A stretch of 64,000 bases of DNA, taken from Burkholderiales bacterium. Lineage in GTDB: Bacteria > Pseudomonadota > Gammaproteobacteria > Burkholderiales > SG8-39. The notes below the pieces were generated by a model. The model was not told the DNA's origin, made no database searches, and saw only the letters and a program-made list of their open reading frames with translations. Positions within the stretch are counted from its first letter, which is position 1. The number at the start of each line of letters is the position of its first letter. This document shows positions 27,480 through 46,495 of this stretch, one piece after another. The position numbers and the translations under genes were made by a program. The stretch lies in the NCBI GenBank assembly GCA_035632415.1, contig DASQGW010000187.1, positions 246 through 64,245 on the forward strand. The letters are read 5' to 3'.

Positions 27480-27545
27480 GGGACCTCCTCCTCGTTCAAT
27501 TCTACAGAGTTAAAATTTGCATTCCCTCCCGACCCCGGACCCGCC

Positions 27546-29621
27546 ATGACTGAAGTCGCCGCATACGCCGTCCGCGACGGCGTGGCCGTCATCACGCTGA
27601 ACAACCCGCCGGTCAACGGCCTAGGCAACGCGCTGCGCGCCGGCATCCTCAAGGCGCTCGAGCGCGCCGAGTCCGATCCGCAAGTGAGGGCCGCAATCCT
27701 CATCGGCGCCGGAAAAGCGTTCTCCGGCGGCGCGGACATCCGCGAGTTCGGAAGACCGCGCGAGAAACCCGATCTCTGGGAAGTGAACGAGGTGCAGGAC
27801 GCGATGAAGAAGCCGCTGGTCGCCGCCATCACCGGCTTCGCGCTCGGCGGCGGGCTCGAGCTCGCGCTCGCCTGCCATTACAGGATCGCTTCTCCTAAAG
27901 CGCAGCTCGGCCTTCCTGAAGTCAAGCTCGGCATCCTGCCGGGCTCGGGCGGCACGCAACGCCTGCCGCGCATCATCCCGGTTTCGAAGGCGGTGCAGAT
28001 GATGACGACCGGCAACCCGATCGGCGCCGAGGAGGCGATGCAGCTCGGCCTGGTCGACGAAGTGGTGCCGGGCGAGCTGCTCGAGGCCGCGGTCGCGTAC
28101 GCCAACCGGCTGGTGAAGGAGAAGAAGCCGCTCAAGCGCATCCGCGACATCCAGGCGAAGGCCGATGTGGACTTCAAGAAAGTGCGCGAGGAAGTCGCGA
28201 AGAGCTCGCGCGGCTATCCGGCCCCGCTCGAGATCGTCACGTGCGTCGAGGCTGCGGTCACCAAGCCCTTCGAAGAGGGACGCAAAGTCGAGCGCGAACG
28301 GTTCGCTCATCTCGTGCAGACCCCCGAATCGGCGGCGCTGCGCCATGCGTTCTTCGCCGAGCGCCAGACGACCAAGATCCCGGACGTGCCCGAATCGACC
28401 GCGACGCGCGAGATCGGAAAAGCCGCCGTCATCGGCGCCGGCACGATGGGTGGCGGCATCACGATGAGCTTCGCCAACGCCGGCATCCCGGTGACGATGA
28501 TCGACACCACCGAGGAGGCGCTCAACCGCGGCATGGAAACCATCCGGAAGAACTACGCCGCCACGGTCTCCAAGGGCCGGCTCGCCCAGTCGGAGATGGA
28601 CAAGCGCATGAAGCTCATCCATCCCAACCTGAACCTCGGAAAGAGCGCCGACGCCGACATCGTCATCGAGGCGGTGTTCGAGCGCATGGACATCAAGCAG
28701 GACCTGTTCCGCAAGCTGGACGGCATCGTGCAGCAGGGTGCGATCCTCGCGACGAACACCTCCACGCTCGACGTCGACAAGATCGCGGCCGCGACGCATC
28801 GGCCGCAGGACGTGATCGGCACGCATTTCTTCTCGCCGGCGAACGTGATGCGCCTCCTGGAAGTCGTGCGCGGCAAGAAGACCGCCAAGGACGTGCTGGC
28901 GACGACGATGAAGCTCGGCAAAGCGCTGAAGAAGGTGCCCGTGGTCTCGGGCGTCTGCGACGGCTTCATCGGCAACCGCATGCTCGAGAAGTACGTCCAG
29001 CAATCGCTCTTCCTGCTGGATGAGGGCGCCTCGCCCCAGCAAATCGACGGCGCGCTCCAGAAGTGGGGCCTCGCCATGGGGCCGTTCACGATGTACGACA
29101 TGGCGGGCAACGACATCGGCTTCGAGATCCGGAAGCGCCGCGCAAAGGAGCGCCCGGATTTTGTCTACGGAAAATTCGCCGACCGCATCGCCGAGAAAGG
29201 CTGGTTCGGCCAGAAGACGGGGCGCGGCTGGTACCGCTACGAGCCGGGCAACCGCAAACCCATTCCCGATGCCGAGGTCGACCAGATGCTCGCCGCCTAC
29301 CGGAAGGAAATGGGCTTCAAGACTCGCCCGATCGCCGACGACGAGATCATCGAGCGCTGCATCTACGCGCTTGCCAACGAAGGCGCGCACATCCTCGAGG
29401 AAGGCATCGCGCTGCGAGCGTCAGACATCGACATGGTCTATCTCACCGGCTACGGCTTTCCGCCCTACCGCGGCGGGCCGATGTTCTACGCCGACACGGT
29501 GGGCCTTGCCAAGGTGCTCGCCGCGATCGAGCGCTTCCAGAAGGGCTACCACGGCGAGCAGTGGAAGCCGGCAGCGCTGCTCGTCAAACTCGCAAAGGAA
29601 GGCAGGAGGTTCAATGACTGA
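27546..29621 (+). CDS. bifunctional enoyl-CoA hydratase / 3-hydroxyacyl-CoA dehydrogenase (FadB/FadJ-like)
   Basis: Real part of track ORF 26736..29621 from [22 protein letters not shown]. Motifs: [29 protein letters not shown] (Rossmann), NRML. Confidence 0.9.
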   Translation: MTEVAAYAVRDGVAVITLNNPPVNGLGNALRAGILKALERAESDPQVRAAILIGAGKAFSGGADIREFGRPREKPDLWEVNEVQDAMKKPLVAAITGFALGGGLELALACHYRIASPKAQLGLPEVKLGILPGSGGTQRLPRIIPVSKAVQMMTTGNPIGAEEAMQLGLVDEVVPGELLEAAVAYANRLVKEKKPLKRIRDIQAKADVDFKKVREEVAKSSRGYPAPLEIVTCVEAAVTKPFEEGRKVERERFAHLVQTPESAALRHAFFAERQTTKIPDVPESTATREIGKAAVIGAGTMGGGITMSFANAGIPVTMIDTTEEALNRGMETIRKNYAATVSKGRLAQSEMDKRMKLIHPNLNLGKSADADIVIEAVFERMDIKQDLFRKLDGIVQQGAILATNTSTLDVDKIAAATHRPQDVIGTHFFSPANVMRLLEVVRGKKTAKDVLATTMKLGKALKKVPVVSGVCDGFIGNRMLEKYVQQSLFLLDEGASPQQIDGALQKWGLAMGPFTMYDMAGNDIGFEIRKRRAKERPDFVYGKFADRIAEKGWFGQKTGRGWYRYEPGNRKPIPDAEVDQMLAAYRKEMGFKTRPIADDEIIERCIYALANEGAHILEEGIALRASDIDMVYLTGYGFPPYRGGPMFYADTVGLAKVLAAIERFQKGYHGEQWKPAALLVKLAKEGRRFND

Positions 29622-30795
29622 AGCAGTGATCGTTTCGACCGCACGCACGGCGCTGTGCAAAAGCTGGAAGGGCGCGCTCAACAACACGCATGGCGCCAAG
29701 ATGGGCGGCCACGTAGTGCACGCCGCGCTCGAGCGGGCGAAAGTCGACCCGCAGGAAGTGGACGACGTGATCATCGGCTGCGCGAATCCCGAAGGCGCGA
29801 CCGGCTGGAACATCGCCCGCCAGATCGCGGTGCGCGCGGGGCTGCCGCAGACGGTGCCGGGGATGACGGTGAACCGGTTCTGCTCCTCGGGCCTGCAGAC
29901 CATCGCGCTCGCCTCGCAGCGCATCCTCGCGGGCGAAGGCGACATCTACATCGCGGGCGGCGTCGAGTCGATCTCGCTCGTGCAGAACGAGATGAACAAG
30001 CACCACTTCCAGGATGAATGGCTGCACCGCCACCACGCCGAGATCTACTGGCCGATGCTGCAGACCGCGGAGTACGTGGCTCGCAAGTACGAGATCACGC
30101 GCGAGGACCAGGACCGCTACGGCGTGCAAAGCCAGAACCGCGCGGCGAAAGCGCGCGCCGAGGGAAAGTTCAAGGACGAGATCGTGCCGCTCACCACCAA
30201 GATGAAGGTGGTCGACAAGGCGACCGGCACGGAAACGATGAAGGAAGTGACCGCAGCGGAAGACGAAGGCATCCGCCCGGACACGACCTATGAAGGCGTC
30301 TCGCAGATCAAGCCGGCGATCGAAGGCGGCTGCATCGCCGCCGGCAACGCGAGCCAGTTCTCCGACGGCGCCTCCGCCGCGGTCGTCATGAGCGACAGCG
30401 AGGCGGCGCGCCATGGCCTCAAGCCCCTCGGCATCTTCCGCGGCTTCGCCGTCGCCGGCTGCGATCCGCGCGAGATGGGCATCGGCCCGGTCTTCGCCGT
30501 CCCCAAATTGCTGGAACACACCGGGAAGAAAGTGAGCGACATCGACCTCTGGGAGCTGAACGAGGCCTTCGCGGTGCAGGTGATCTACTGCCGCGACCGC
30601 ATCGGCATCCCGGACGAGCGGCTGAATGTGAACGGCGGCGCGATCGCCGTGGGGCACCCCTACGGCATGTCGGGCGCGCGCCTCGTCGGCCACGCCCTCA
30701 TCGAAGGGCGCCGGCGCCGCGCCAAACACGTCGTCGTCACCATGTGTATCGGCGGCGGCATGGGCGCCGCCGGGCTCTTCGAGGTGGTGAACTAG
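29614..30795 (+). CDS. acetyl-CoA C-acyltransferase (thiolase)
   Basis: From [13 protein letters not shown]. Motifs: NRFCSSGLQ (active Cys), [22 protein letters not shown] 29614 overlaps the fadB-like stop by 8 nt. Confidence 0.9.
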   Translation: MTEAVIVSTARTALCKSWKGALNNTHGAKMGGHVVHAALERAKVDPQEVDDVIIGCANPEGATGWNIARQIAVRAGLPQTVPGMTVNRFCSSGLQTIALASQRILAGEGDIYIAGGVESISLVQNEMNKHHFQDEWLHRHHAEIYWPMLQTAEYVARKYEITREDQDRYGVQSQNRAAKARAEGKFKDEIVPLTTKMKVVDKATGTETMKEVTAAEDEGIRPDTTYEGVSQIKPAIEGGCIAAGNASQFSDGASAAVVMSDSEAARHGLKPLGIFRGFAVAGCDPREMGIGPVFAVPKLLEHTGKKVSDIDLWELNEAFAVQVIYCRDRIGIPDERLNVNGGAIAVGHPYGMSGARLVGHALIEGRRRRAKHVVVTMCIGGGMGAAGLFEVVN

Positions 30796-30801
30796 TAGTC
30801 A

Positions 30802-30818
30802 GGCCGGACTCTCCGGCC
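30802..30818 (+). terminator. possible hairpin after the thiolase gene (no U-run)
   Basis: GGCCGGA-CTC-TCCGGCC, 7-bp stem, 7 nt after the stop codon. Confidence 0.25.
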
Positions 30819-30880
30819 CGCGCCGTCCGCGTAACACTTCGGTACGCACAATGCCCCTCATCACGAACGAGGGGATTGCG

Positions 30881-31030
30881 ATGCAACCCGAAGAGCTGCT
30901 CGAGGACGAGATCGATTTCGAGGACGCGGACTACGCCGACGGCGAGGACTGGGACGAGGAAGCGCTCGGCCTCGACGGCGCCGAGCTCGACTCCGACTCC
31001 ATAGCCAGGGAAATCGGCGTCCGGCCTTAA
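30881..31030 (+). CDS. candidate small highly acidic protein (49 aa)
   Basis: Own translation: MQPEELLEDEIDFEDADYADGEDWDEEALGLDGAELDSDSIAREIGVRP. GC3-rich codons; GAGGGG lies 7 nt upstream. Below the ORF-track length cut-off. Confidence 0.35.
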   Translation: MQPEELLEDEIDFEDADYADGEDWDEEALGLDGAELDSDSIAREIGVRP

Positions 31031-31051
31031 TTCCGGACAACGTCCTTAATT
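31028..31051. repeat. 24-nt AT-rich imperfect palindrome, copy A (exact reverse complement of 53034..53057)
   Basis: TAATTCCGGACAACGTCCTTAATT. It contains the TAA stop of the small ORF and ends 1 nt before the stop of the kinase gene. Confidence 0.9.
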
Positions 31052-31052
31052 C

Positions 31053-35273
<4,221 letters not shown>

Positions 35274-35280
35274 CGCCGCT

Positions 35281-35651
35281 TTACGCCTCGGGAAGGATCT
35301 TGCGTATCAACGCAAGGAGGTCGCGCGGGCTGTAGGGCTTCGCGAGATAGGCGGTCGCACCGGCCTCCTTCGCCTTCACGTCGTCGCCCGAAAGCGCGAA
35401 CGAAGTGATCGTGACGATCGGCGTCGTGGCCGTAGCCGCTTCCGCGCGCAGCTTGCGCGTGGCGTCCAGGCCGGACATCTTGGGGAGCTGGATATCCATG
35501 AGGATGAGATCGGGTCGCGCCTCGAGCGCCTTCGCCACGCCCGCTTCGCCGTCGTAAGCTTCGATGAGCTTGTAGGTCGTGCGCTTCAGGAGGTCGCGCA
35601 CGATCTGGCGGTTCATCTCGTTGTCCTCGACATAGAGGATCGTCTTTCCGC

Positions 35652-35655
<4 letters not shown>
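35281..35655 (-). CDS. single-domain CheY-like response regulator
   Basis: [43 protein letters not shown] overlap with the upstream kinase stop. Confidence 0.9.
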
Positions 35656-41729
<6,074 letters not shown>

Positions 41730-41750
41730 TGCGAGTTTGGGCTCCGTCCC

Positions 41751-42776
41751 CTAGCGATTTTTCAGGACGAAGCCGGGCACGGGCTTGGAGAAGCCCTTGA
41801 GCTCGAACGGGCCGACGGGATCGAACTCGAAGACGCCGTCGAGCGCGGCCATGGTCTTGCGGTCGGCGAGGATCTGGCCGGCCTTCGCCTCGGCGCAAAG
41901 GCGCGCGGCGAGGTTGGTGACGTTGCCGATGGCGGCGTAGTCCCAGCGGCCCTCGAAGCCGATGGCGCCGAGCGTGGCGTAGCCCTGCGCGATGCCGACG
42001 CCGAGGCCGAGCTCGAAGCCGCTGCGCTTGTGCCAGTGCTTGCCGATCGGGACGAAGGCTTCCTGCACGGCGAGCGCGGTCTGCATGGCGTGCTCGGCGG
42101 GCTTCTCGATCGGCAGCGGGTCGTTGAAAAACACCATCACGGCGTCGCCGGCGAAGCGCTCGATCGTGCCCTGGTGCTCGAGGGCGATCTTGCCGAGCGC
42201 GCCGTGGAACGAGCGCAGGAGCTCCATTACCTCCTCGGGCTCGGCGTTGTCGGTGAAGGCGGTGAAGCCGCGCATGTCGAAGAACTCCACCGTGATCTCG
42301 CGGCGATGGGTCTTCAGCACCTCGTCGCCTTTTCCGGCCGCGATGGCTTCGGCAAGCGCGGGGGAGAAGAAGCTCTTCAGGCGCGTCAGCCGCTCATCCT
42401 GCAGCGCCTTGATGCGCAGGAGCGACCTCACGCGGGCAAAGAGCTCCGGCTGGTTGACCGGCTTCGAGAGGAAGTCGTCGGCGCCGGCCTCGATGCCCTT
42501 GATGCGCTCCTGGTGCGGATCGAGCGAGGTGCACATGACGACGGGCAGCAGCGCGGTGGCCGGGTTCTCGCGGATCTTGCGGCACACCTCGTAGCCGTTC
42601 AGGCCCGGCATCATCACGTCGAGAAGCACGAGATCCGGAGGCCGCTTCGCGATGCTCTCCAACGCGAGCTCGCCGTTCGCGGCGGTGGTCACCTCGTAGC
42701 CTTTGGCCGTGAGGAGATCGCCGAGCAGCTTGATGTTGGCCGGCGTGTCGTCGACAACCAGGATCTTCTGCGCCAT
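41751..42776 (-). CDS. response-regulator receiver fused to a class III nucleotidyl cyclase
   Basis: REC: ILVVDDTPANI, DLVLLDVMMPGLNG, DDFLSKP. Cyclase: EFFDMRGFT, RFAGDAVMVFF, IGNVTNLAARL. Confidence 0.9.
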   Translation of the reverse strand: MAQKILVVDDTPANIKLLGDLLTAKGYEVTTAANGELALESIAKRPPDLVLLDVMMPGLNGYEVCRKIRENPATALLPVVMCTSLDPHQERIKGIEAGADDFLSKPVNQPELFARVRSLLRIKALQDERLTRLKSFFSPALAEAIAAGKGDEVLKTHRREITVEFFDMRGFTAFTDNAEPEEVMELLRSFHGALGKIALEHQGTIERFAGDAVMVFFNDPLPIEKPAEHAMQTALAVQEAFVPIGKHWHKRSGFELGLGVGIAQGYATLGAIGFEGRWDYAAIGNVTNLAARLCAEAKAGQILADRKTMAALDGVFEFDPVGPFELKGFSKPVPGFVLKNR

Positions 42777-43150
42777 TACTTTTTCGCTCCCTCGACGAGC
42801 CGCTTCACGGTATCGAGGAACTCCTTCAGGTTGATCGGCTTGCTGACGAAGGCATCGAAGCCGGCGGCGGTGATGGCGCTGCGATCGGTCGGCGTCACCG
42901 ACGCCGTAAGCGCGACCACGGGGACCTTTGCCGTGCTTGCCTCTGCGCGGATTTGCCTGAAAGCCTCGATGCCGTTGATGCCGGGAAGCTGGATGTCCAT
43001 CAGCACGAGATCGGGGACATGTTGCTTGGCGAGCGACACGCCTTCCTCGCCGGTCACGGCTTCGAGCGTCTTGTAGCCCTTCGCCTGCAGCACGTCGCGC
43101 GCAAGCTTCATGTTCTTTTCGTTGTCTTCGACGATGAGGACTGTGCTCAT
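42776..43150 (-). CDS. single-domain CheY-like response regulator
   Basis: MSTVLIVEDNEKN, DLVLMDIQLPGING, LTASV, FVSKP. Its TAA stop overlaps the next ATG by 1 nt (TAATG). Confidence 0.9.
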   Translation of the reverse strand: MSTVLIVEDNEKNMKLARDVLQAKGYKTLEAVTGEEGVSLAKQHVPDLVLMDIQLPGINGIEAFRQIRAEASTAKVPVVALTASVTPTDRSAITAAGFDAFVSKPINLKEFLDTVKRLVEGAKK

Positions 43151-43158
43151 GGGCCGCC

Positions 43159-46041
43159 TTAATGCCTGATAGGAAGGGTGATGGTGAAGGTGGAACCTTT
43201 GCCGGGCGTGCTGGCGAGGCTGATCTCGCCGCCGTGCAGCTCGACGAAGCGCTTGGTGAGCGCGAGGCCGAGGCCCGTGCCTTCGGCCTTGCGCGTGTAG
43301 TCGCGCCCGACCTGCTTGAATTCCTCGAACACCGCTGCCTGGTCCTCCGGCGCGATGCCGATGCCGGTGTCTTGCACAGCGATCGCGACCTTGGTGGTGT
43401 CCAGCTTTGCGATCACGTCCACGCGTCCGCCGTCGGGCGTGAACTTCACGGCGTTGGAGAGGAGGTTGAGCAGGATCTGCTTCACCTTGCGCTCGTCGGC
43501 CTGGAACTCGCCAAGGCGCGAGTCGACGTCGAGCCCGAGCTGGATGCCGTGGCGCTGCGCGCGCTCGCGGATCAGCGTCATCGCGTTGGAGAGCGCCGTC
43601 GGCAGATGGAAGGTCGAGAGATCCAGGTCCATGCGCCCGGCCTCGATCTTCGAAAGGTCGAGGATGTCGTTGATGAGCGAGAGCAAATGCTTGCCCGACT
43701 CGTGGATGTCCTTCAGGTAGTCGGCCTGCTTCTCGTTCAGCTCGCCGAACATCTTGTCCATCAGCACTTCCGAGAAGCCGATGATCGCGTTCAACGGCGT
43801 GCGCAGCTCGTGCGACATGTTGGCGAGGAAGTCCGACTTGTGCTTGTTCGCCACCTCGAGCTGCGCGCTCTTCTCCTGGATCTCGCGGAAGAGCCGCGCA
43901 TTCTGGATCGCGATCACCGCCTGGTCGGCGAAAGTCTTGAGCAGCGCGATCTGCTTTTCCGTGAAGGCGCCGGCGGCGGCGCGGGCGACCCAGATCGCGC
44001 CAATACCACGCCCCTCGAAGAGCATCGGCGCAAAGATGATGGACCGAAAGTCGGTCGTACGCGAGCCGCGCACGACCTGCGGCGGGGCGCTGCCTTCCCT
44101 TACGTCGGGGAAATGCTGGACCTTTTGATCGAGGATCGCGCAGCCGGTGCCGCTCTCGCGCGATAACGGCATCGGGTACATGCGCAACGTTTCCTCTTTG
44201 TGCTCGCCCTCGTACGCCGCGAGCACCACCTGATCGTCCGGCGTGGCGAGAGTGACTCCCACCTTGTTGCCTTCGAACAGGCGCTGGCAGCTCTCGAGGA
44301 TTTTTTCGAACACCGGCTTCGTATCGGCGATGGAACTCGAGATCGCGCCGAGCACCTCGCCCGACGCCTTCTGCTGCTCGAGCGCCTCCTTGGTCTCGTT
44401 GAACAGGCGCACGTTCTCGATCGCGATCGCCGCCTGGTTGGCGAAGGTCGTGGCGAGCGCGATCTGCTTGTCGCTGAACGGTCGCACTTCTGTGCGGCGC
44501 AGGAACATGGTGCCGAACGGGCGTCCCTCGCGCATGAGCGGCACGGCGAGCATCGACTGCTCGCGCCCGAATTTCTGCGCGAGCTCCCAGGTCATCGGGA
44601 ACTCGGTCTGCGCGCGCTCCACGTCTCCGATGTGGATCGCCTTGCCTTCCTCGATGGCGCGGCCGGTCAGCGTCCCGGAGCTGAAGGGCAGGCTGTCGGC
44701 GCCTTGCAGCTCTTCCGGCCCGTTGAAGGCCATGCGGTGCAGCAGCGCGCCCTCGAGCACATAGATGGCCGCTGCGTTCGCCTCGCACAGCCGCGTCGCG
44801 CGCTCGGCCACGGCGTCCAGGACGGGCTTCACGTCGCTCTGCGAGTTCGAAATGACCCTCAGGATCTCCGAGGTGGCGGTCTGCTGGTCGAGCGTCTCCT
44901 GCAGCTCGGCGGTACGCTCCTCGACCTTGCGCTCGAGGCCGGCGTACGACTCGCGCAGCTGCGCAGTCATGCGGTTGAACTGGTCGGCGAGCGCTTCGAG
45001 CTCGTCGCCGGTCTTGACCGAGATCTGCGACTCGAGGTCGCCGGCGCCGATCCTCTGCGCGCCTTCCTGCAGGACGCTGATCGGGCGCGCCATGCTCCGC
45101 GCAAGCCACATGGCGACGAGGGCCGAGAAGAGCAGACCCGCCACGAGGAGCGCGACGGTGCGGAGGACGGTGGCATCGAGCGCCTGGTAGACCTCGGACA
45201 CGGGCTGCTCGACGAACACTTTCCAGCCGAGCGGCGTCGGTTTCGTTCCGGCAAGCGGCTGTTCTCGCGCCGGCTCGATTGGCGCGAACGCGGTGAGGAC
45301 ATACTTGCCGTTGAGATCCTTGGCGAGCATCGCGAGCGAGTCTTCGGAATCCGGAGCGAGCGCAGCCTTCACCTGCTCGAGGCCTCCCATGTCGGTCTTG
45401 CGCAGCACGAGGCCGATGTCGGGATCCGCTACAAGATGGCCGCTGCTGTCGACGACGTAGGCCTTGCCTTTCTGGCCGACCTTGATGCGCGTGACCACAT
45501 CCCAGATGAACTTCAGGTTCACTTCCGCGACCGTCACCGCCCCTGCCTCGCCACCCGAGCGCACCGCGATCGACATGTACGGCTCGGTCTCTTTGCGGAA
45601 GTACACCGGCCCATACCAGGTCTGGCCCGGCCGCGCGTTCTTGAACGCCGGCTCGCCTGACCAGTCGCGCTCCGTGCCCGCCTCGTCCATCTTCAGGCGC
45701 GAGACGGAGAGCTGCTCCCGACCTTTGCCGTCGATCTGCGTGATGTCCGTGACGGCGTGCACGACGCGCAGCAGCTTGAGGAACTCGATGCGGCGCTGCT
45801 CCAGTCCTTCGACGCCGAGCTGCGGCAGCGCCGCGTAGGCGAGCTGCTGCTCGATCTGAAGCACGAACTGCTCGATGCGCGCGGCGGCCGAGAGCGCCTT
45901 CTCGTGCTGCAGGCTCGCCAGCGCGACCTTGTTCTCCTGGTATGAGAAGTAGAGCCCGATGCCGCCGGAAATAAGGAGCGCCCCGCATACCAGCGCGAGG
46001 ATCAGCAGGAAGTAGCGGCGGAAGAGTCTCCCGCGCTGCAC
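43159..46041 (-). CDS. membrane sensor histidine kinase: TM-Cache-like periplasmic domain-TM-HAMP-2 GAF-HisKA-HATPase (960 aa)
   Basis: TM1 YFLLILALVCGALLISGGIGLYF; TM2 VALLVAGLLFSALVAMWLA; HAMP GAGDLESQISVKTGDELEALADQFNRM. Two GAFs of the same subfamily. The kinase core is about 88% identical to that of 31053..35273. GTG start. Confidence 0.9.
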   Translation of the reverse strand: MQRGRLFRRYFLLILALVCGALLISGGIGLYFSYQENKVALASLQHEKALSAAARIEQFVLQIEQQLAYAALPQLGVEGLEQRRIEFLKLLRVVHAVTDITQIDGKGREQLSVSRLKMDEAGTERDWSGEPAFKNARPGQTWYGPVYFRKETEPYMSIAVRSGGEAGAVTVAEVNLKFIWDVVTRIKVGQKGKAYVVDSSGHLVADPDIGLVLRKTDMGGLEQVKAALAPDSEDSLAMLAKDLNGKYVLTAFAPIEPAREQPLAGTKPTPLGWKVFVEQPVSEVYQALDATVLRTVALLVAGLLFSALVAMWLARSMARPISVLQEGAQRIGAGDLESQISVKTGDELEALADQFNRMTAQLRESYAGLERKVEERTAELQETLDQQTATSEILRVISNSQSDVKPVLDAVAERATRLCEANAAAIYVLEGALLHRMAFNGPEELQGADSLPFSSGTLTGRAIEEGKAIHIGDVERAQTEFPMTWELAQKFGREQSMLAVPLMREGRPFGTMFLRRTEVRPFSDKQIALATTFANQAAIAIENVRLFNETKEALEQQKASGEVLGAISSSIADTKPVFEKILESCQRLFEGNKVGVTLATPDDQVVLAAYEGEHKEETLRMYPMPLSRESGTGCAILDQKVQHFPDVREGSAPPQVVRGSRTTDFRSIIFAPMLFEGRGIGAIWVARAAAGAFTEKQIALLKTFADQAVIAIQNARLFREIQEKSAQLEVANKHKSDFLANMSHELRTPLNAIIGFSEVLMDKMFGELNEKQADYLKDIHESGKHLLSLINDILDLSKIEAGRMDLDLSTFHLPTALSNAMTLIRERAQRHGIQLGLDVDSRLGEFQADERKVKQILLNLLSNAVKFTPDGGRVDVIAKLDTTKVAIAVQDTGIGIAPEDQAAVFEEFKQVGRDYTRKAEGTGLGLALTKRFVELHGGEISLASTPGKGSTFTITLPIRH

Positions 46042-46158
46042 CCGCGTGATATCCGCGTGCTGCTCCTTGATGGCTTCAACGGGCTTCAGAGAGCCCTCCC
46101 CTGCGGCTCACTCTATCACCGCAGTGCGCCGGGGGAAGGCCGGGAACTTAACGTCCGG

Positions 46159-46374
46159 TCAGGGACCGTTGTCGCCGTTGTCCCAGAGGCAGGCCTCGCA
46201 GGCCGGCGCCGTCTGCACCTGCGCCTGGACGGCGATGGTGGGGTCCGGGCGGGTCAGCGAGACGGCGACGGCCGCGAGGAGGACGAAAGTCGGAAGAAGC
46301 AGCGCTACGAACAGGAGATGCTCGGCAAACCCCGTCAGCGGCGGCAGGCTGAGCTCGGTCTTGGTGATGGTCAT
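46159..46374 (-). CDS. candidate small single-TM protein with C-terminal CxxC (71 aa)
   Basis: ATG 46374 is preceded by GGGAGGG. Sequence: MTITKTELSLPPLTGFAEHLLFVALLLPTFVLLAAVAVSL...APACEACLWDNGDNGP. GC3-rich. Directly upstream of and co-directional with the Cache kinase. Confidence 0.4.
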   Translation of the reverse strand: MTITKTELSLPPLTGFAEHLLFVALLLPTFVLLAAVAVSLTRPDPTIAVQAQVQTAPACEACLWDNGDNGP

Positions 46375-46450
46375 GGTGCCCTCCCAGTTCATGCCCACTA
46401 GCGTAGGCACTGAGCGCGTTCCGCTCAGCGAACTATGGCTTTCAAGTGAT

Positions 46451-46463
46451 GTGACGAATTCAC
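46451..46463. promoter_or_regulatory. 13-bp palindrome GTGACGAATTCAC upstream of the Crp-like gene (candidate operator)
   Basis: GTGA-N5-TCAC, 33 nt upstream of the GTG start. Its reverse complement matches 47139..47151 at 12 of 13 positions. Confidence 0.3.
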
Positions 46464-46495
46464 CCCCGCGTTGACATCCGTGCAGAATCCACTAC

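Noticed and set aside
46410-46428. 7-bp inverted repeat CTGAGCG-CGTTC-CGCTCAG in the divergent region between the small CxxC ORF and the Crp-like gene.
   Set aside because: It is a short GC-rich stem with no second copy in the window and no link to a known motif. I cannot distinguish it from chance.
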